From: an uncultured virus (IMG/VR IMGVR_UViG_3300038335_000131)
Taxonomy: Duplodnaviria > Heunggongvirae > Uroviricota > Caudoviricetes
IMG/VR virus record: IMGVR_UViG_3300038335_000131
Location: 1 to 64,000 of that record
Reading direction: 5' to 3' (one strand)
Length of the DNA: 64,000 bases
Position 1 is the first letter of the stretch. The number at the start of each line of letters is the position of its first letter. Positions 11,701-19,567 of the stretch are shown here, piece after piece. The position numbers and the translations under genes are program-made. The notes under the pieces are model-generated. The model was given only the letters and a program-made list of their open reading frames with translations. It was not told where the DNA came from and ran no database searches.

Positions 11701-14700
11701 CAGTACCTTATTGTTGGCGACGGCGCTGAAAATATCGGAAAGAGCGTAATATTTGTTCTGCCAGGCGACGTTAATATCATTCTGCTTTTCACCGGACGAG
11801 CGCATGACAAAGTGGCCGTTGTTTCTGTAAATGGAGACGCTCGGGTTTGTTACCCCGATAAAATGGCCGAATTGCTCATAGACCTTTTCCGGAATCCATG
11901 TCGCTCCGGGATTGGCGAATATGCTTTCCGTTGGAACATCGGCGGGGAAGACTGCTTTTAAGGCCTTTGCGTTTTTCTCAAATCCCTCTTTCCCCTCAAC
12001 CTTTTTATATTTCCCCTTAACATTCCCGGAGAGATATTCATCCTCCTGAATCCATTCTTTTGTATCAGGATCTTGATAGATCAAACCATCCTTAGCGAGA
12101 TCGGCGATAACACTTTCTTTCGGTGTTCCCGTCAGTTTAGCAATATAATCAATGTCCAGTTTACCCTTTTGAGATAATGAAATATTATAACCGTCTGCGG
12201 AATCTTTAGCGTAAAGGATTTCTTTCTCAGGGTAAAACATTCTTTCATTAAGGATAGTTGATTTTACCGCGCTGGCCGGAGACGGCTTAATCCCTAATGT
12301 TTTGGCTTTGGCTTTGGTTATTTCCTTTTTAAAGTCTATTTCCAGGCCGAATTCTATTTTTACATCGTCAGACATTAAAGAGAAGTTGGAACTTTCATTT
12401 ATAAATCCGTGCTGTTTTACAAAATTATCATATAGGAAATTGAGTTGTTTCCTTAACTGTTCAATATTGCTAAGATCAAAACGCTCTGCATTGACAAGTT
12501 CATAAGCCTTTGCCCTGATTTCCAACATTCCCTTAATACGCATATAGCGGGTTTCGCCGAGTAATTGCTTCTCTGTCCATTTTGTTTTAGGACTCAGGCG
12601 CGCGTAGGTCGGATTGCCGTATTCGTCGTTATCCTCCCGCATATAAATCCGGTCTTTGTCCATGAAGAAGCCGCCGACGGCAACATCTTCTTTATTGGGT
12701 ACAAGAGAAAGAGCGGCGGCATCCAGTTTGTCATTATTGCTTTTAGCGACATCTTTAAATTCTGCCAATATTGAGTTTTCAAGTAAATTATCAATCAGGC
12801 TTTCAATATCTTCGCCCTCTCGTTTGTTGAGGGTAAACTCACCCTTGCCGCCTTCTTTCCAGGCGCCGCCGTACATCGTGCCTTTCATGGAGGGCTCGCC
12901 TAACATTAAGTCCTGATTCTTTGCAAAATACTTATTCAGCGTGATTTCTTCGCCGCCCTTGTTGGTCATGGTCGCGCCGGTCGTCAGCCACTTAGCGGAT
13001 AGATTCGGTTCTTCGCCAGGCATTAATCTCTGGAAAAATACAAGGTCGGTCGTGACTTCCGTTCCTGCGTTTTTGGCAAAGGCGTCATTAGGCAAACGGA
13101 TTGCCGCGAGTAATTTGAATTGTTTTGCCAGGAATTCTCTCGCTTCGGGATCTGCCGTGTCAAGAAAACGGGTAGTGATAACCATACCCATTACTCCGCC
13201 CGGCTTTAAGTGCATACCGGTTTTGGATATGACGTAATTGTGTATCTTCATCCGGCTGATTTCCGCCCTGTCTTTCCGCGTGTCGGATATCCTTACGTCG
13301 CCAAAAGGAGGATTGCCGACGGCCGCATCGAATTTACCGTAAGGGAATTCTGCCGTCTGAAATCCGGAATGAATAAGCTGAGACTCGGGATAGAGGTATT
13401 GCCCTATTTTGGCCGTGATCGGATCGAGTTCTGAGCCGTACCACTTGGAAGAAGCGGCCATATCTTCCGGCATGAGGCCGATAAAATTGCCTGATCCATA
13501 GGTAGGTTCAATGATATTACCGCCCGTAAACCCGAAATGACGCATTATTTTGTATATGGAACGTATAACCTGGGGGCTTGTGTAATGTGCGTTTAAAACG
13601 GATTGACGCGCCTCAAAGAATTCTTCTTTTGTCAGTAATTCTTTAAGGTCGGAATAAGCTCTCTGGTCCTGAGGTTTGTTACTGGTCTCGTCAAAGACGT
13701 TCTTTATCCCGCCCCATCCGACATATTTGGCGAGTACGGCTTGTTCTTCTTTGGTGGGATAACGGTGTTCCTGATCCAGTTTCTTGATAAGACGAATCGC
13801 CGCAATATTGCGGTCAATCTTCTGGCCGCGGGTTCCACTGCCAATATCATCTTCTTCTGTTATTCGGTAATTTCCGGGATTGACACCGGATAATTGAATG
13901 GTGCGCGGCTCACTGGCCGGCTCTTCTACTGCCGATGGTCCGGACGGTAAGACTTCGCTATCTGTTCCGCTGTCTTGAAGATGAACAGGTGACGACTGTC
14001 CTGCCACGCTTCCGCTTCCGTCGAGCCCCCCTGCATCAAGGTCTGCATTTCCCTCATTGTCAGTTTCGCCGCCGCTTCGCTCTCCCCTTCGAGTGCCTTG
14101 TCCTCTACCATCTGCTGATAGACTTCCGGATTCGTCACTTTCCAGTGTTCCCGTGCCTGTGCTGCCATTTGCGGGATGTTCATTTTTCTCACCTTCCTTG
14201 GTTATATTATAATCCTTTTTTGTGTTTTTGTCAATAGTTTCGGTCTTTGCCTTTGGCGTTTCTGCAAACCTTAAAAACTTTTCTATCGAATCCGTATGCC
14301 TATCGCGGCCAGTTCTCCATGTTATTTGATCGCCATTTATGCTTTCGACGTATGCGGTCAAGCCGCTTGTTAAAACAAAATCTGTATTGGGTTTTACCCA
14401 TTCAGGAACTTTTGCGGCTAACCTCTCATAATGTTCATCATCGAGTTCATCGGCATATTTTCGCGCCGCTGCCTCATATACCTTTTTCGCCTTTCCTTCC
14501 GGCATGGAATCAACCGCACCGAATAGATAAGCTCTTACGTCAAGGGCTTTCGCTTTCGCACGGTTTACAATCTCAGCAAGGTAAGGCTTTAATTTCTGAT
14601 AAAGAGTTTCGTCAAGTTCTTTGGTGGAAATAGAGCCGCGTTCTCCAATATGCTCATTGATAATATCGAACATATCTTTAACCAGATCGCCAGTTGACTT

Positions 14701-17607
14701 CGTGGAAAGGTCTTCTTCTTTTTTAACCACCGTTGCCGGTTCTTCCGTTCTTCCTATTTCCTCTTCCGTCTTCCACTGATCCCGGCGGTTATCAGGATTA
14801 ATCTCGGGTTGCACCCCGCCGCGTGTCATAGCCATTGTAACGGGTTCGGTTACTCTTATACGTCCATCAGTGAAATATCGGACACCATCACCACGTTCAT
14901 AAAGATTATGTCCGTCTGGATTCTTGCCAATCAACCTGCCGCCTTTATCAGCGTTGGCAGTATATTTAACTTCGGGTTTTGGTTCCGCTTTCTTCCTGTA
15001 TTTCTCCGGCACCTTATCGGCTTCCGTCCATCCGCCGGGAGGGGCTTTCTCCATGATGTTCTTCTTTGGTTTCTTCTTCAGCACGGTCTCGGTTTTCTTC
15101 TTAGGGGTGGCCTCCTTTGTAATTTCTTGATTAAGTTTTTTTGCCTCTTCCAATTCCTCTGGTGATAATATTTTTTTCTGTGCTTTATTTTCGAGGCTTC
15201 TTAGTCTTGCTGTTTTTTTCGCTTTTTCAACAGCCGCGGCATCGTTTTCGTCAACAATATTCCCGCGGTGAAGTCCTGTATCGTCAAGAGGGCGTTCTCC
15301 ATTAGAATTATATCTTTTTAGGATTTTTCTATCGGTCGTTAATTCGTTTGTGTCAATATAATGGTATCTGCCGTAAACATCGATCACTCTTTTAAGATCC
15401 GGTTTTTGGGTTGCGGATTCCTTCTTCTGCAGATCAGGATAATCCTTTAAGACTTCCGGGGGAACTAGTTTACCTTCGGAAAGGGCTTTCACGATAAAAT
15501 ATTTATGTGTGTTGTTTATAGATATTCCAGTATCACTTTCTAATTTATCAACCTGTTCCGGTGTCGGTTTTATTTCCTTTAATAAAGATTGCCGCTCTTT
15601 TGCCTGCTTTTTATCATGGGCTACCGCTTCTTGGCGTGACTTAAAATCTTTCTTGTCTGATTTTCCTATTGAGAATAAATAATCAGAAAATTCTTCCCTC
15701 GTCATTTCCCATGGCTCTTTAGGTGCTTCCAACTGATTGCCTGTAAACTTATCCTGAATAGGCGTGATTTCGCCTGTGGTAAGGGGTTCTTTTGTTTGCG
15801 TCTTAATCCCGAACATGGCTTTCACATTAGAAACCTGTTTTTCATCAGGAGCGAAAGGAATCAGTTCATCCTTTGTAAATTTGGCAGGAGATAACAACCC
15901 TCCTTTATGGATATATGCGCCGTCAATCTTGCCGGCTTCATCAATGCCTTTTATAATTATCGAATTAGCCTTTGGTTTACCTTTCTGCCTGTAAAGACCA
16001 CCCAATTCAAACTTATCCGTTCCCGGACGCATAGCTTCAAGCATTTGATCATCGGTTATCTCAGGTGGCAAAACTTCCGCATTTGCCGCAGGTTCAACGA
16101 TCTCCGCGCCCTTTACTTCCGGTGTCTCAATAGTAGAAGTCTCAGCAGGGGTTAAAGCGTCGATTCTCTCCTGTATTTTTTTGCGTCTTGCGACTGCCGC
16201 CTTTCCTTCGCCCTTTACTTTGCTCAACTGCTTATTGAGATTGTCCACTTTACGGGCGTTATCTTCTGGTTCATTAATCGGCACATCTACTTTTTCTTGC
16301 ACTTCTCCGGAGATACTGTTTGTTTCTGTGGTTTCCCCGACTCCACCAGTTCCCTTATGTTCGCTGATATCACCCTCTGGCTCTTTTTCCGTGGCATTTT
16401 GTGCCTCCTTAAATAATTTATTGGTATCTGCTTCAACGATAATACTATTTATAGCGTCCTCTGCCTCTGGCATGGTTTTTAATATATTCTTTCTATGCGC
16501 CAGGGCTTCATCTTTAGTAAGGTTTCCGGAAAGTAGTTTTTGCTTGAATGTCTCAATCTCTACTTCCGGTTGCTCGATCATTGTCTTTTGTGGGGACTGA
16601 GGGGTTTCCGTTTGCTTGTCGGTTTTCTTTGTTTCGTCTTTTCCTTTTTTCATTCCCCTGTAAGCCATACCGCCACCGGTCATAAATCCAGATAACAGCA
16701 GTACGCTTGGCAATACTTCTCCCGCGGATTTCAACCAATCGTCGGGACTTGTCCACTGGCGAAGAGGTTCATTAGACTGACCGGCTTTAACCTCGGCATT
16801 CTGCTGTCCCATCTGAGTAACTGTTTCCGTTGCCTCTTCCGTTCCAACAATACCGGCCGCACGAGCGCCACCTTTTACAATCTTTCCGAGAACACCCTTG
16901 GGAATCATGCTTGCTATACGACCGGGCAAAGTTCCTTTCCCTGCCATCAATGCCAGCTCCAGAACATTACCGACGGCTTCCGGCCCTGCTTCCCATAAAC
17001 CTGATTCAGTGGCGAGAGTGTCAAATTTACGCTTAAATACTGCTTCTTCTTCCGGTGTGATCGGTCGTCCAAAGTTTTTAATGCTTTCTTCGTTTACTTT
17101 GGTCAACCAGTCATTCATGGCCTGATAACTCTGCATACGATAAGCCGTTGCGCCACCTGCTGCCATGCTAGTTGCAATATTAACTCCCGGTACGGGAACA
17201 AGAGCGCCAGCGGCACTGGCTCCCATGGAAACGCCCGAGAAGGAAAGATTCTGCCCTAGTCCGGCCACATCTTCGTTGGATATAATTCCGGGGATAAGGT
17301 CTCCAGTGTCTTTATACTCTTCAGAAAGTTCTCTATTGCGTTTATTCACAAATTGGACAAACTTATCGCCGACATCAGGGTTAGCCACGGATGGACCCGA
17401 TTTCCCTTGCGCTGCCGTAATAGCGGAAGCAAGAAGGTTTTCCGGTACGCGCGTAAGTGTTCTTACAAATGCTCCGGCTGAGGATCGCTCTTTCTTTTTG
17501 GGTATCTGGTCGGTAACGTCTACGAAACCGTCAGGAAGAGAACTCTCTTGTGATTGAATTTGATCGGTTACATCAATAAACCCGTTATCGAGTTTGGGCT
17601 CGGCCAT
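2752..17607 (-). CDS. Giant DarB-like large polyvalent (ejected) protein: N6-adenine MTase, SNF2 helicase, HExxH metallopeptidase, EEVQSDWHQ domain, PLxRFG-like C-terminal region
   Basis: IEPTYGSGNF (~13485-13515), GNPPF (~13303-13317), DHCVGAGKT (~11386-11412), DESH (~10912-10923), QREGRLVRQGN (~9565-9597), HESVH (~7567-7581); AAGGAGG SD. Confidence 0.9.
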   Translation of the reverse strand: MAEPKLDNGFIDVTDQIQSQESSLPDGFVDVTDQIPKKKERSSAGAFVRTLTRVPENLLASAITAAQGKSGPSVANPDVGDKFVQFVNKRNRELSEEYKDTGDLIPGIISNEDVAGLGQNLSFSGVSMGASAAGALVPVPGVNIATSMAAGGATAYRMQSYQAMNDWLTKVNEESIKNFGRPITPEEEAVFKRKFDTLATESGLWEAGPEAVGNVLELALMAGKGTLPGRIASMIPKGVLGKIVKGGARAAGIVGTEEATETVTQMGQQNAEVKAGQSNEPLRQWTSPDDWLKSAGEVLPSVLLLSGFMTGGGMAYRGMKKGKDETKKTDKQTETPQSPQKTMIEQPEVEIETFKQKLLSGNLTKDEALAHRKNILKTMPEAEDAINSIIVEADTNKLFKEAQNATEKEPEGDISEHKGTGGVGETTETNSISGEVQEKVDVPINEPEDNARKVDNLNKQLSKVKGEGKAAVARRKKIQERIDALTPAETSTIETPEVKGAEIVEPAANAEVLPPEITDDQMLEAMRPGTDKFELGGLYRQKGKPKANSIIIKGIDEAGKIDGAYIHKGGLLSPAKFTKDELIPFAPDEKQVSNVKAMFGIKTQTKEPLTTGEITPIQDKFTGNQLEAPKEPWEMTREEFSDYLFSIGKSDKKDFKSRQEAVAHDKKQAKERQSLLKEIKPTPEQVDKLESDTGISINNTHKYFIVKALSEGKLVPPEVLKDYPDLQKKESATQKPDLKRVIDVYGRYHYIDTNELTTDRKILKRYNSNGERPLDDTGLHRGNIVDENDAAAVEKAKKTARLRSLENKAQKKILSPEELEEAKKLNQEITKEATPKKKTETVLKKKPKKNIMEKAPPGGWTEADKVPEKYRKKAEPKPEVKYTANADKGGRLIGKNPDGHNLYERGDGVRYFTDGRIRVTEPVTMAMTRGGVQPEINPDNRRDQWKTEEEIGRTEEPATVVKKEEDLSTKSTGDLVKDMFDIINEHIGERGSISTKELDETLYQKLKPYLAEIVNRAKAKALDVRAYLFGAVDSMPEGKAKKVYEAAARKYADELDDEHYERLAAKVPEWVKPNTDFVLTSGLTAYVESINGDQITWRTGRDRHTDSIEKFLRFAETPKAKTETIDKNTKKDYNITKEGEKNEHPANGSTGTGTLESDESGSLSADGRGQGTRRGERSGGETDNEGNADLDAGGLDGSGSVAGQSSPVHLQDSGTDSEVLPSGPSAVEEPASEPRTIQLSGVNPGNYRITEEDDIGSGTRGQKIDRNIAAIRLIKKLDQEHRYPTKEEQAVLAKYVGWGGIKNVFDETSNKPQDQRAYSDLKELLTKEEFFEARQSVLNAHYTSPQVIRSIYKIMRHFGFTGGNIIEPTYGSGNFIGLMPEDMAASSKWYGSELDPITAKIGQYLYPESQLIHSGFQTAEFPYGKFDAAVGNPPFGDVRISDTRKDRAEISRMKIHNYVISKTGMHLKPGGVMGMVITTRFLDTADPEAREFLAKQFKLLAAIRLPNDAFAKNAGTEVTTDLVFFQRLMPGEEPNLSAKWLTTGATMTNKGGEEITLNKYFAKNQDLMLGEPSMKGTMYGGAWKEGGKGEFTLNKREGEDIESLIDNLLENSILAEFKDVAKSNNDKLDAAALSLVPNKEDVAVGGFFMDKDRIYMREDNDEYGNPTYARLSPKTKWTEKQLLGETRYMRIKGMLEIRAKAYELVNAERFDLSNIEQLRKQLNFLYDNFVKQHGFINESSNFSLMSDDVKIEFGLEIDFKKEITKAKAKTLGIKPSPASAVKSTILNERMFYPEKEILYAKDSADGYNISLSQKGKLDIDYIAKLTGTPKESVIADLAKDGLIYQDPDTKEWIQEDEYLSGNVKGKYKKVEGKEGFEKNAKALKAVFPADVPTESIFANPGATWIPEKVYEQFGHFIGVTNPSVSIYRNNGHFVMRSSGEKQNDINVAWQNKYYALSDIFSAVANNKVLIAWDGTGDERIQNKEQTAELATIVKNVRSTFFDWIFADDTRAKELNKIYNDTQNTHAKRKNDGKLLHTVGASPAVILRNTQRDAAWRIIQSKRVLLDHCVGAGKTYTIITGVQERVRMGLTRKAMIAVPNHLVGQWAADYVRLYPGARILAATKKDFSKPNRRRLFARIATGKYDAVIVGHSSFGFIPLEPEAITNLMMEEIAQLEQAEAQAKADGNKRLVKTLANRIAKKREKITELLGRPKDNVTTFEGMGIDHLVVDESHEFKNLEYSSAMQNITGMGNPMGSKRAFDMYAKIRWLTAQKDYALNFATGTPISNSLVEMYALLRYMNRDALYARGIDAFDSWANTYASIEPRIEYTASQKLKQRTVMATFNNLPELLQLYEEFADIVTMPDLKRIYAEQIRERNARTGGNESEEFPIPKVKDGGRVLDVAEPSQEQIEYVDYLVARAERLEELGRKNDPKIDNHLWIMSDARKMALDVRLVDPTAKENPNNKINRATKKIKDIYDRTAKDRGAQLVFCDLSTPAGTAQKNAAVFIREALNKAHLENDARTKAILDSLSTYQEKWGYLRNRLEAEIEAITDHSQAETDQYMKRREEIEEYLEKVTDDVTADLTTADTGFSVYDEMKSKLIMMGIPEGEIKFIHSANTEQQKEDLFAMVNSGQVRVLLGSSQKMGAGMNVQERLVALHHMDAPWRPSDVEQREGRLVRQGNKLYYIDPTGFKVEIIAYSTANTFDAVMWQILARKGGMLDDFRSGRRSVEEVNTDSASYSEFMAETTGNPAFKEKFQLENDIQTLEAIKNRTATRLRSSQQSLDYNKDARIEAQKEIEKRDKVIDDLRGQSTFTFEGKKYKDNAKALVEKEADEIAAYNALVNKKYNTEIDAATAEAFKKEGLTPPERPSQSDYHSGKMSVNEYNAAQVEYSKFWGDEKNTKIVADAIKGIKKPTNKHFHSSKLAKSDKSGVIAAGLKIVEEINALDEGESFTYQLGNTEIEIKKLESGWTDKKAENPVQLWDYVITADGMFLRRLDHDKSFDERDIWNLLNVEYVSNKMAEHRDFAANYIARMDQSDEISRHTLKSLQFKDEEKLQKMKTRYREVLTEVQKAEEEIGARRASTGNKYISKDRPRFPDGVWVSKKHRNETVESPEVDIDEDIETIKAKRDAIKHDLFDEEGNDPNEVAQQLFNKGYERLTDSETVQVQDTIAFKYAEFARYEAILSQEDEAHIENAQDKLDMAQDIWNEWHEGEAYPQEIKLAQKVINSIRSGQGRLFNGQQYAVRETGTFQLPTLSEVQDVFKGQEVTQTSDGKIWIKTAGGKYLTILNVDHIEPDKITMNIGYSRSSLKPTEKIAGAYLKVGNEGQIRLVRGQADKQTLYHESVHFMEDLGILRPLDVAALRGHIKRLVREGKFQTQNKDDIGGSEDRANFIADALTSPPVGPIRRIINRIQDFIDKLVNLFSRTTRGVIRDIKSGEIYNEKPTISGALRDIYDEPGVETGRYNVNPPIADTFFSQLSKVVEVKLPNAGTPEQFRNMITAWANKGEFKTDELKWSGLNEWLDGQTGKISKKDVVDYLAQNQVQIQEITKNGQDILAEKIRIEAAFQSVGWEIGREMGGDIEVTDRNGELVEPETVREEAPELYDMGIRYSEINDGEAIEDVKFSSYQLPGGENYRELLLTLPGKVEIPEGWEAEKNEDGTWDVFDEEGNPMQVDQEAKTERDAILAVAGNRDKLGDAYKSPHWEEPNVLAHIRMNDRVDAEGNKVLFLEEVQSDWHQEGRKKGYGIDTSKWKATINPSFQGEWAVVNEHLDRIGYAPLSAAKTSQEAIQYVAKNQVTGIPTAPFSKTWPELVMKRMLRYAAENGYDKLAWTTGEQQAERYDLSREVFLINYSKEKNAPDDIRHVEVVTKNHGEPSFDVDITTGNIKSEGMFQGKQLDEVVGKEIAQKIMESDGKFTKLSGLDLKVGGEGMKGFYDSIIPSFLNKYAKKWGAKVGEIKIETVPRNDQEAAWIIDAENVAADENEEQEVVVRDSRTMEGVHEPFNSLREAEEWYDKNNPSKDETIVHSLDITPTMKRDVLYQGQPMYALRNQTDPPVSNDPKVLNLYLKDETDAIVQTIVNKLKPKNMTWLETMLKSPEWFDHPQIGNIVKLFMRDRNEIYHETFNDLNMTDDVDSPESTVTEAAKALKNKGLSLTERMTGKVSKEYQRLQDIIDEGDTSWKRNLKEPLEKQIADFEAHIRKEGATDDTIRVWKLYRESYDKALDLQTRQLRNMIAEIIEEAHFKGETPDLSEMKQSLKGALAMMEEWRGFYAPRLREMGNWKVQAYKEHGPMKENREWYREHRNSELAAQRLSKKLEREGWKIFNVGEIERIPETIYQDVNAMATAKLIDTALEKLSKKSELKNNMTAQFNEEILREVSNAIKARGYRSTMIHRGRGVIRGFVEDPIQRHLQYINNLSGGISKARTARMAMQELLGDKVMGQQIGGIDPVKDPKAFAVAQDYIQEQLRNADSSDRIIGLAKSIATFKFLGFNLRSLAVNMTAIMTTAPSAIHQYAMGGNGSMARVMNELARAGKDYGMVMAGRKLHNADEQAFIDDVHKKGWDDAQYTREALGELSKTHSRIWSSMMDGSMWMFGKSEKWNRGTTILAAYRLARKKGMGHVEAAEAAKTSSDKAHGVYGKSTMPMWAQGTNPAAKIGQMAYVYSKFGHNYLQMLYDLGIKKHNIKALMFAFLSPLILAGAAALPFKDVLFAFAGVILRSLFGEDKDPEKWVWDIIREHLGADAEKIGRHGLTGAAGIDISGSLSIGIGIPKNFIDLTGAIGGVFTEGKEAIENMGRGDFGKAAEHLLPSGASNIVRAFRENKEGVTTRNNRRVWNEEGKPFVPDIGASVTRGLGFRSTDQAILSERTWEGHREQATMAEKRSAIYERYRAWMIGGRKNNDEYKSIIRDAREFNAAAKDMRGVPRITSDSLRSQRRQLSHPSKNERAILRD
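13926..14183 (-). CDS. Overprinted out-of-frame 85-aa helical protein (TnpV-like pattern) nested in the giant gene
   Basis: Own perfect promoter, SD AAGGAAGGTG and ATG; protein-like sequence MNIPQMAAQAREHWKVTNPEVYQQM...; host frame is low-complexity here. Confidence 0.8.
   Translation of the reverse strand: MNIPQMAAQAREHWKVTNPEVYQQMVEDKALEGESEAAAKLTMREMQTLMQGGSTEAEAWQDSRHLFIFKTAEQIAKSYRPDHRQ
14206..14234 (-). promoter_or_regulatory. Perfect consensus sigma70 promoter inside the giant CDS
   Basis: TTGACA (14234-14229), 17-nt spacer, TATAAT (14211-14206). Confidence 0.9.
16287..16397 (-). CDS. Overprinted 36-aa basic peptide MPRKKSQRVISANIRELVESGKPQKQTVSPEKCKKK
   Basis: TAAGGAGG SD (16411-16404) 6 nt before ATG; resembles small phage proteins of the MPLKKG.S...IS.NI..E...GKPQKQAVAIA type. 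Confidence 0.65.
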   Translation of the reverse strand: MPRKKSQRVISANIRELVESGKPQKQTVSPEKCKKK

Positions 17608-17623
17608 ATCAGGCCTCCTTTAA

Positions 17624-19558
17624 TTAAGATTTTTTCCAAATAACCTCAGTCTTGCCATTAGGATATTTAGCGCGAATTTCTCCGGTATCTGGATTTTGGA
17701 GTATTCTCGCGCCAAGTTTTATAGCGTTGTTTGATTTATTAGATATATCCTTCACCTTATCTTCAGGAATACCTTTAACATCGAAAGCACCTTTTTTACT
17801 GGTGTTCCCAAAGTCATTAGCGAATTGCGTTGTTTTCTGAAGTGCCTCAGCCGGAGGTACGCCGTCTCTTACCAGCCCTTCATAATACTGCTGCATGGTG
17901 TTGTGTAATTGCTGTAGCGTGATGGGCTTGCCGTTTTTATCAAACTTATCCTTAACCTCAGAAGTCCCTAGTTTTGATAAGATGGTATTCTTATCAGGAG
18001 CTTTTACATTCCCTTCAAGGTCTTTTTCTGTTGGTAACTGTCCGCCGTATGTTTGGACAAAGAGATCATCGAAGGTTTTCATTTTTGCCTTAATCTTCTC
18101 GCCATTCTCGGTCAAATCCCTTTCCTTTGGCGACCACCTTGGACCCCACGTTACGCCGCCATCTTTAGAAATCATATCAACGCCCTTAACCGTTTTATAC
18201 ATCTCTTCGCTCTTCTTCTCTTTTTCCGGAATAAAGGTTTTCGCTAATTCGACTTGCTCTTTTATCGGCATAGTTTCGGGAAGTTTCTGCATGAAGAGAG
18301 AACGCAAATCATTTATATTTGTTCCTGCGGGTGCGGCCTCGACCGCTTTCAGGGCATCTTTGACAACTTTATTATTGGCCACGGTCTCCCGTATCTTTTG
18401 CTTTCTCTCCGAGAATGCTGTTCCCCCGAGTTTTGCTTCCAACTGTTCAACCATATCAGCAAGGTCTTTTTGCATACTGAATTTACTGGCTGCTAATTGC
18501 GCGGGAAATATCGTCAAGGGCGCATCAGGATCGCCGCCGGTATGCTTCAACATATCTTTACTAACCGATTGCCCGTAATATTCTTTGTCCTTTTTCCATA
18601 TTTCGCTATTATGTAACTCCTGGGCGTACTCGTTGGCAGAAGGAATATCATTAAAGACGCCCAAATTATTTCCGTAGGGTTTTTCAGCGGTCTTTGATTC
18701 ATTCCACTGTTTAAGGGCTTCTTCCCTTGTCAGGATTCTGCCGTCGTCGCTTACAAGCGGAATTAAAACTTCCTTTCCGTTTTGTTCAAATGACGACGAT
18801 AAAACTGTTGAGATTGAACCATCTTGATTTTTAACCACTGGACGGGCATTAAGATTAATGTTGCCCTTTTCAATCATGTTCTTCGGGTTGCTGTCTGGAG
18901 CGACATAGACTTCCTGCTTGTCGCCAATATGTTTATAGGGTTTGCCGGGTAGTGTCGGCGGGATTTCCCGCTCAACAATCAGTCCCATTTCCATATTCGG
19001 AGACGTGCCGTCAACTACGGCGCTCTTGATCTTACCTGTCAGTATATTACCGTGATCGTCCATGTTTAAACGGTCGGGAGTAAACCCTAAAGCCGTGGTT
19101 ATGGTATTGCTTATCCGATCATCAAGAGGCACCTGGCCTTTTTTCCCCTGAACCTGTGGCGCCACATTCTGCATAAACTTCAATACATTCCCGTAATCTG
19201 CGCCATTGACGCTCCCCATGTGATCGTGGAAATATATCATGGCGTCCTGTTCGGATTTTGAAAGACTGGTAACGTCAAAGGGCTCGCCTTTTGTTTTTGC
19301 CGCCTGAGCTTTCGACATGACGATTTCCAGAAGGTTCAAATTCTCCTGTCCGTGTTTCTGTTCGTCCTCTTCGCCCCATTTCTTTTTCTGGCGCTCAAAT
19401 ATTTCGCCCTCGCGTTCGGTTTTTATTTTGCGATCAGCGGCTTCCTGTGTCAAAAGCTCACGCCTTTGTTTGGATTCTTCCAATTGATTAAACGTACCCA
19501 TCAACTTTGAGAAGGTGTTAACTCCCGCATCAATCGGATTGGATAATGTTGATCTCAT
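17624..19558 (-). CDS. Internal virion / DNA ejection protein
   Basis: Position before the giant protein; helical composition; GNINLNARPVVKN.DGSISTV...EVLIP segment recalled from phage virion proteins. Confidence 0.65.
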   Translation of the reverse strand: MRSTLSNPIDAGVNTFSKLMGTFNQLEESKQRRELLTQEAADRKIKTEREGEIFERQKKKWGEEDEQKHGQENLNLLEIVMSKAQAAKTKGEPFDVTSLSKSEQDAMIYFHDHMGSVNGADYGNVLKFMQNVAPQVQGKKGQVPLDDRISNTITTALGFTPDRLNMDDHGNILTGKIKSAVVDGTSPNMEMGLIVEREIPPTLPGKPYKHIGDKQEVYVAPDSNPKNMIEKGNINLNARPVVKNQDGSISTVLSSSFEQNGKEVLIPLVSDDGRILTREEALKQWNESKTAEKPYGNNLGVFNDIPSANEYAQELHNSEIWKKDKEYYGQSVSKDMLKHTGGDPDAPLTIFPAQLAASKFSMQKDLADMVEQLEAKLGGTAFSERKQKIRETVANNKVVKDALKAVEAAPAGTNINDLRSLFMQKLPETMPIKEQVELAKTFIPEKEKKSEEMYKTVKGVDMISKDGGVTWGPRWSPKERDLTENGEKIKAKMKTFDDLFVQTYGGQLPTEKDLEGNVKAPDKNTILSKLGTSEVKDKFDKNGKPITLQQLHNTMQQYYEGLVRDGVPPAEALQKTTQFANDFGNTSKKGAFDVKGIPEDKVKDISNKSNNAIKLGARILQNPDTGEIRAKYPNGKTEVIWKKS

Positions 19559-19567
19559 AAGTTCCCC

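Noticed and set aside
9333..12794. Other out-of-frame minus ORFs inside the giant gene (9333, 10713, 11109, 12594)
   Set aside because: They overlap the conserved MTase/helicase region, and I saw no convincing SD or promoter.
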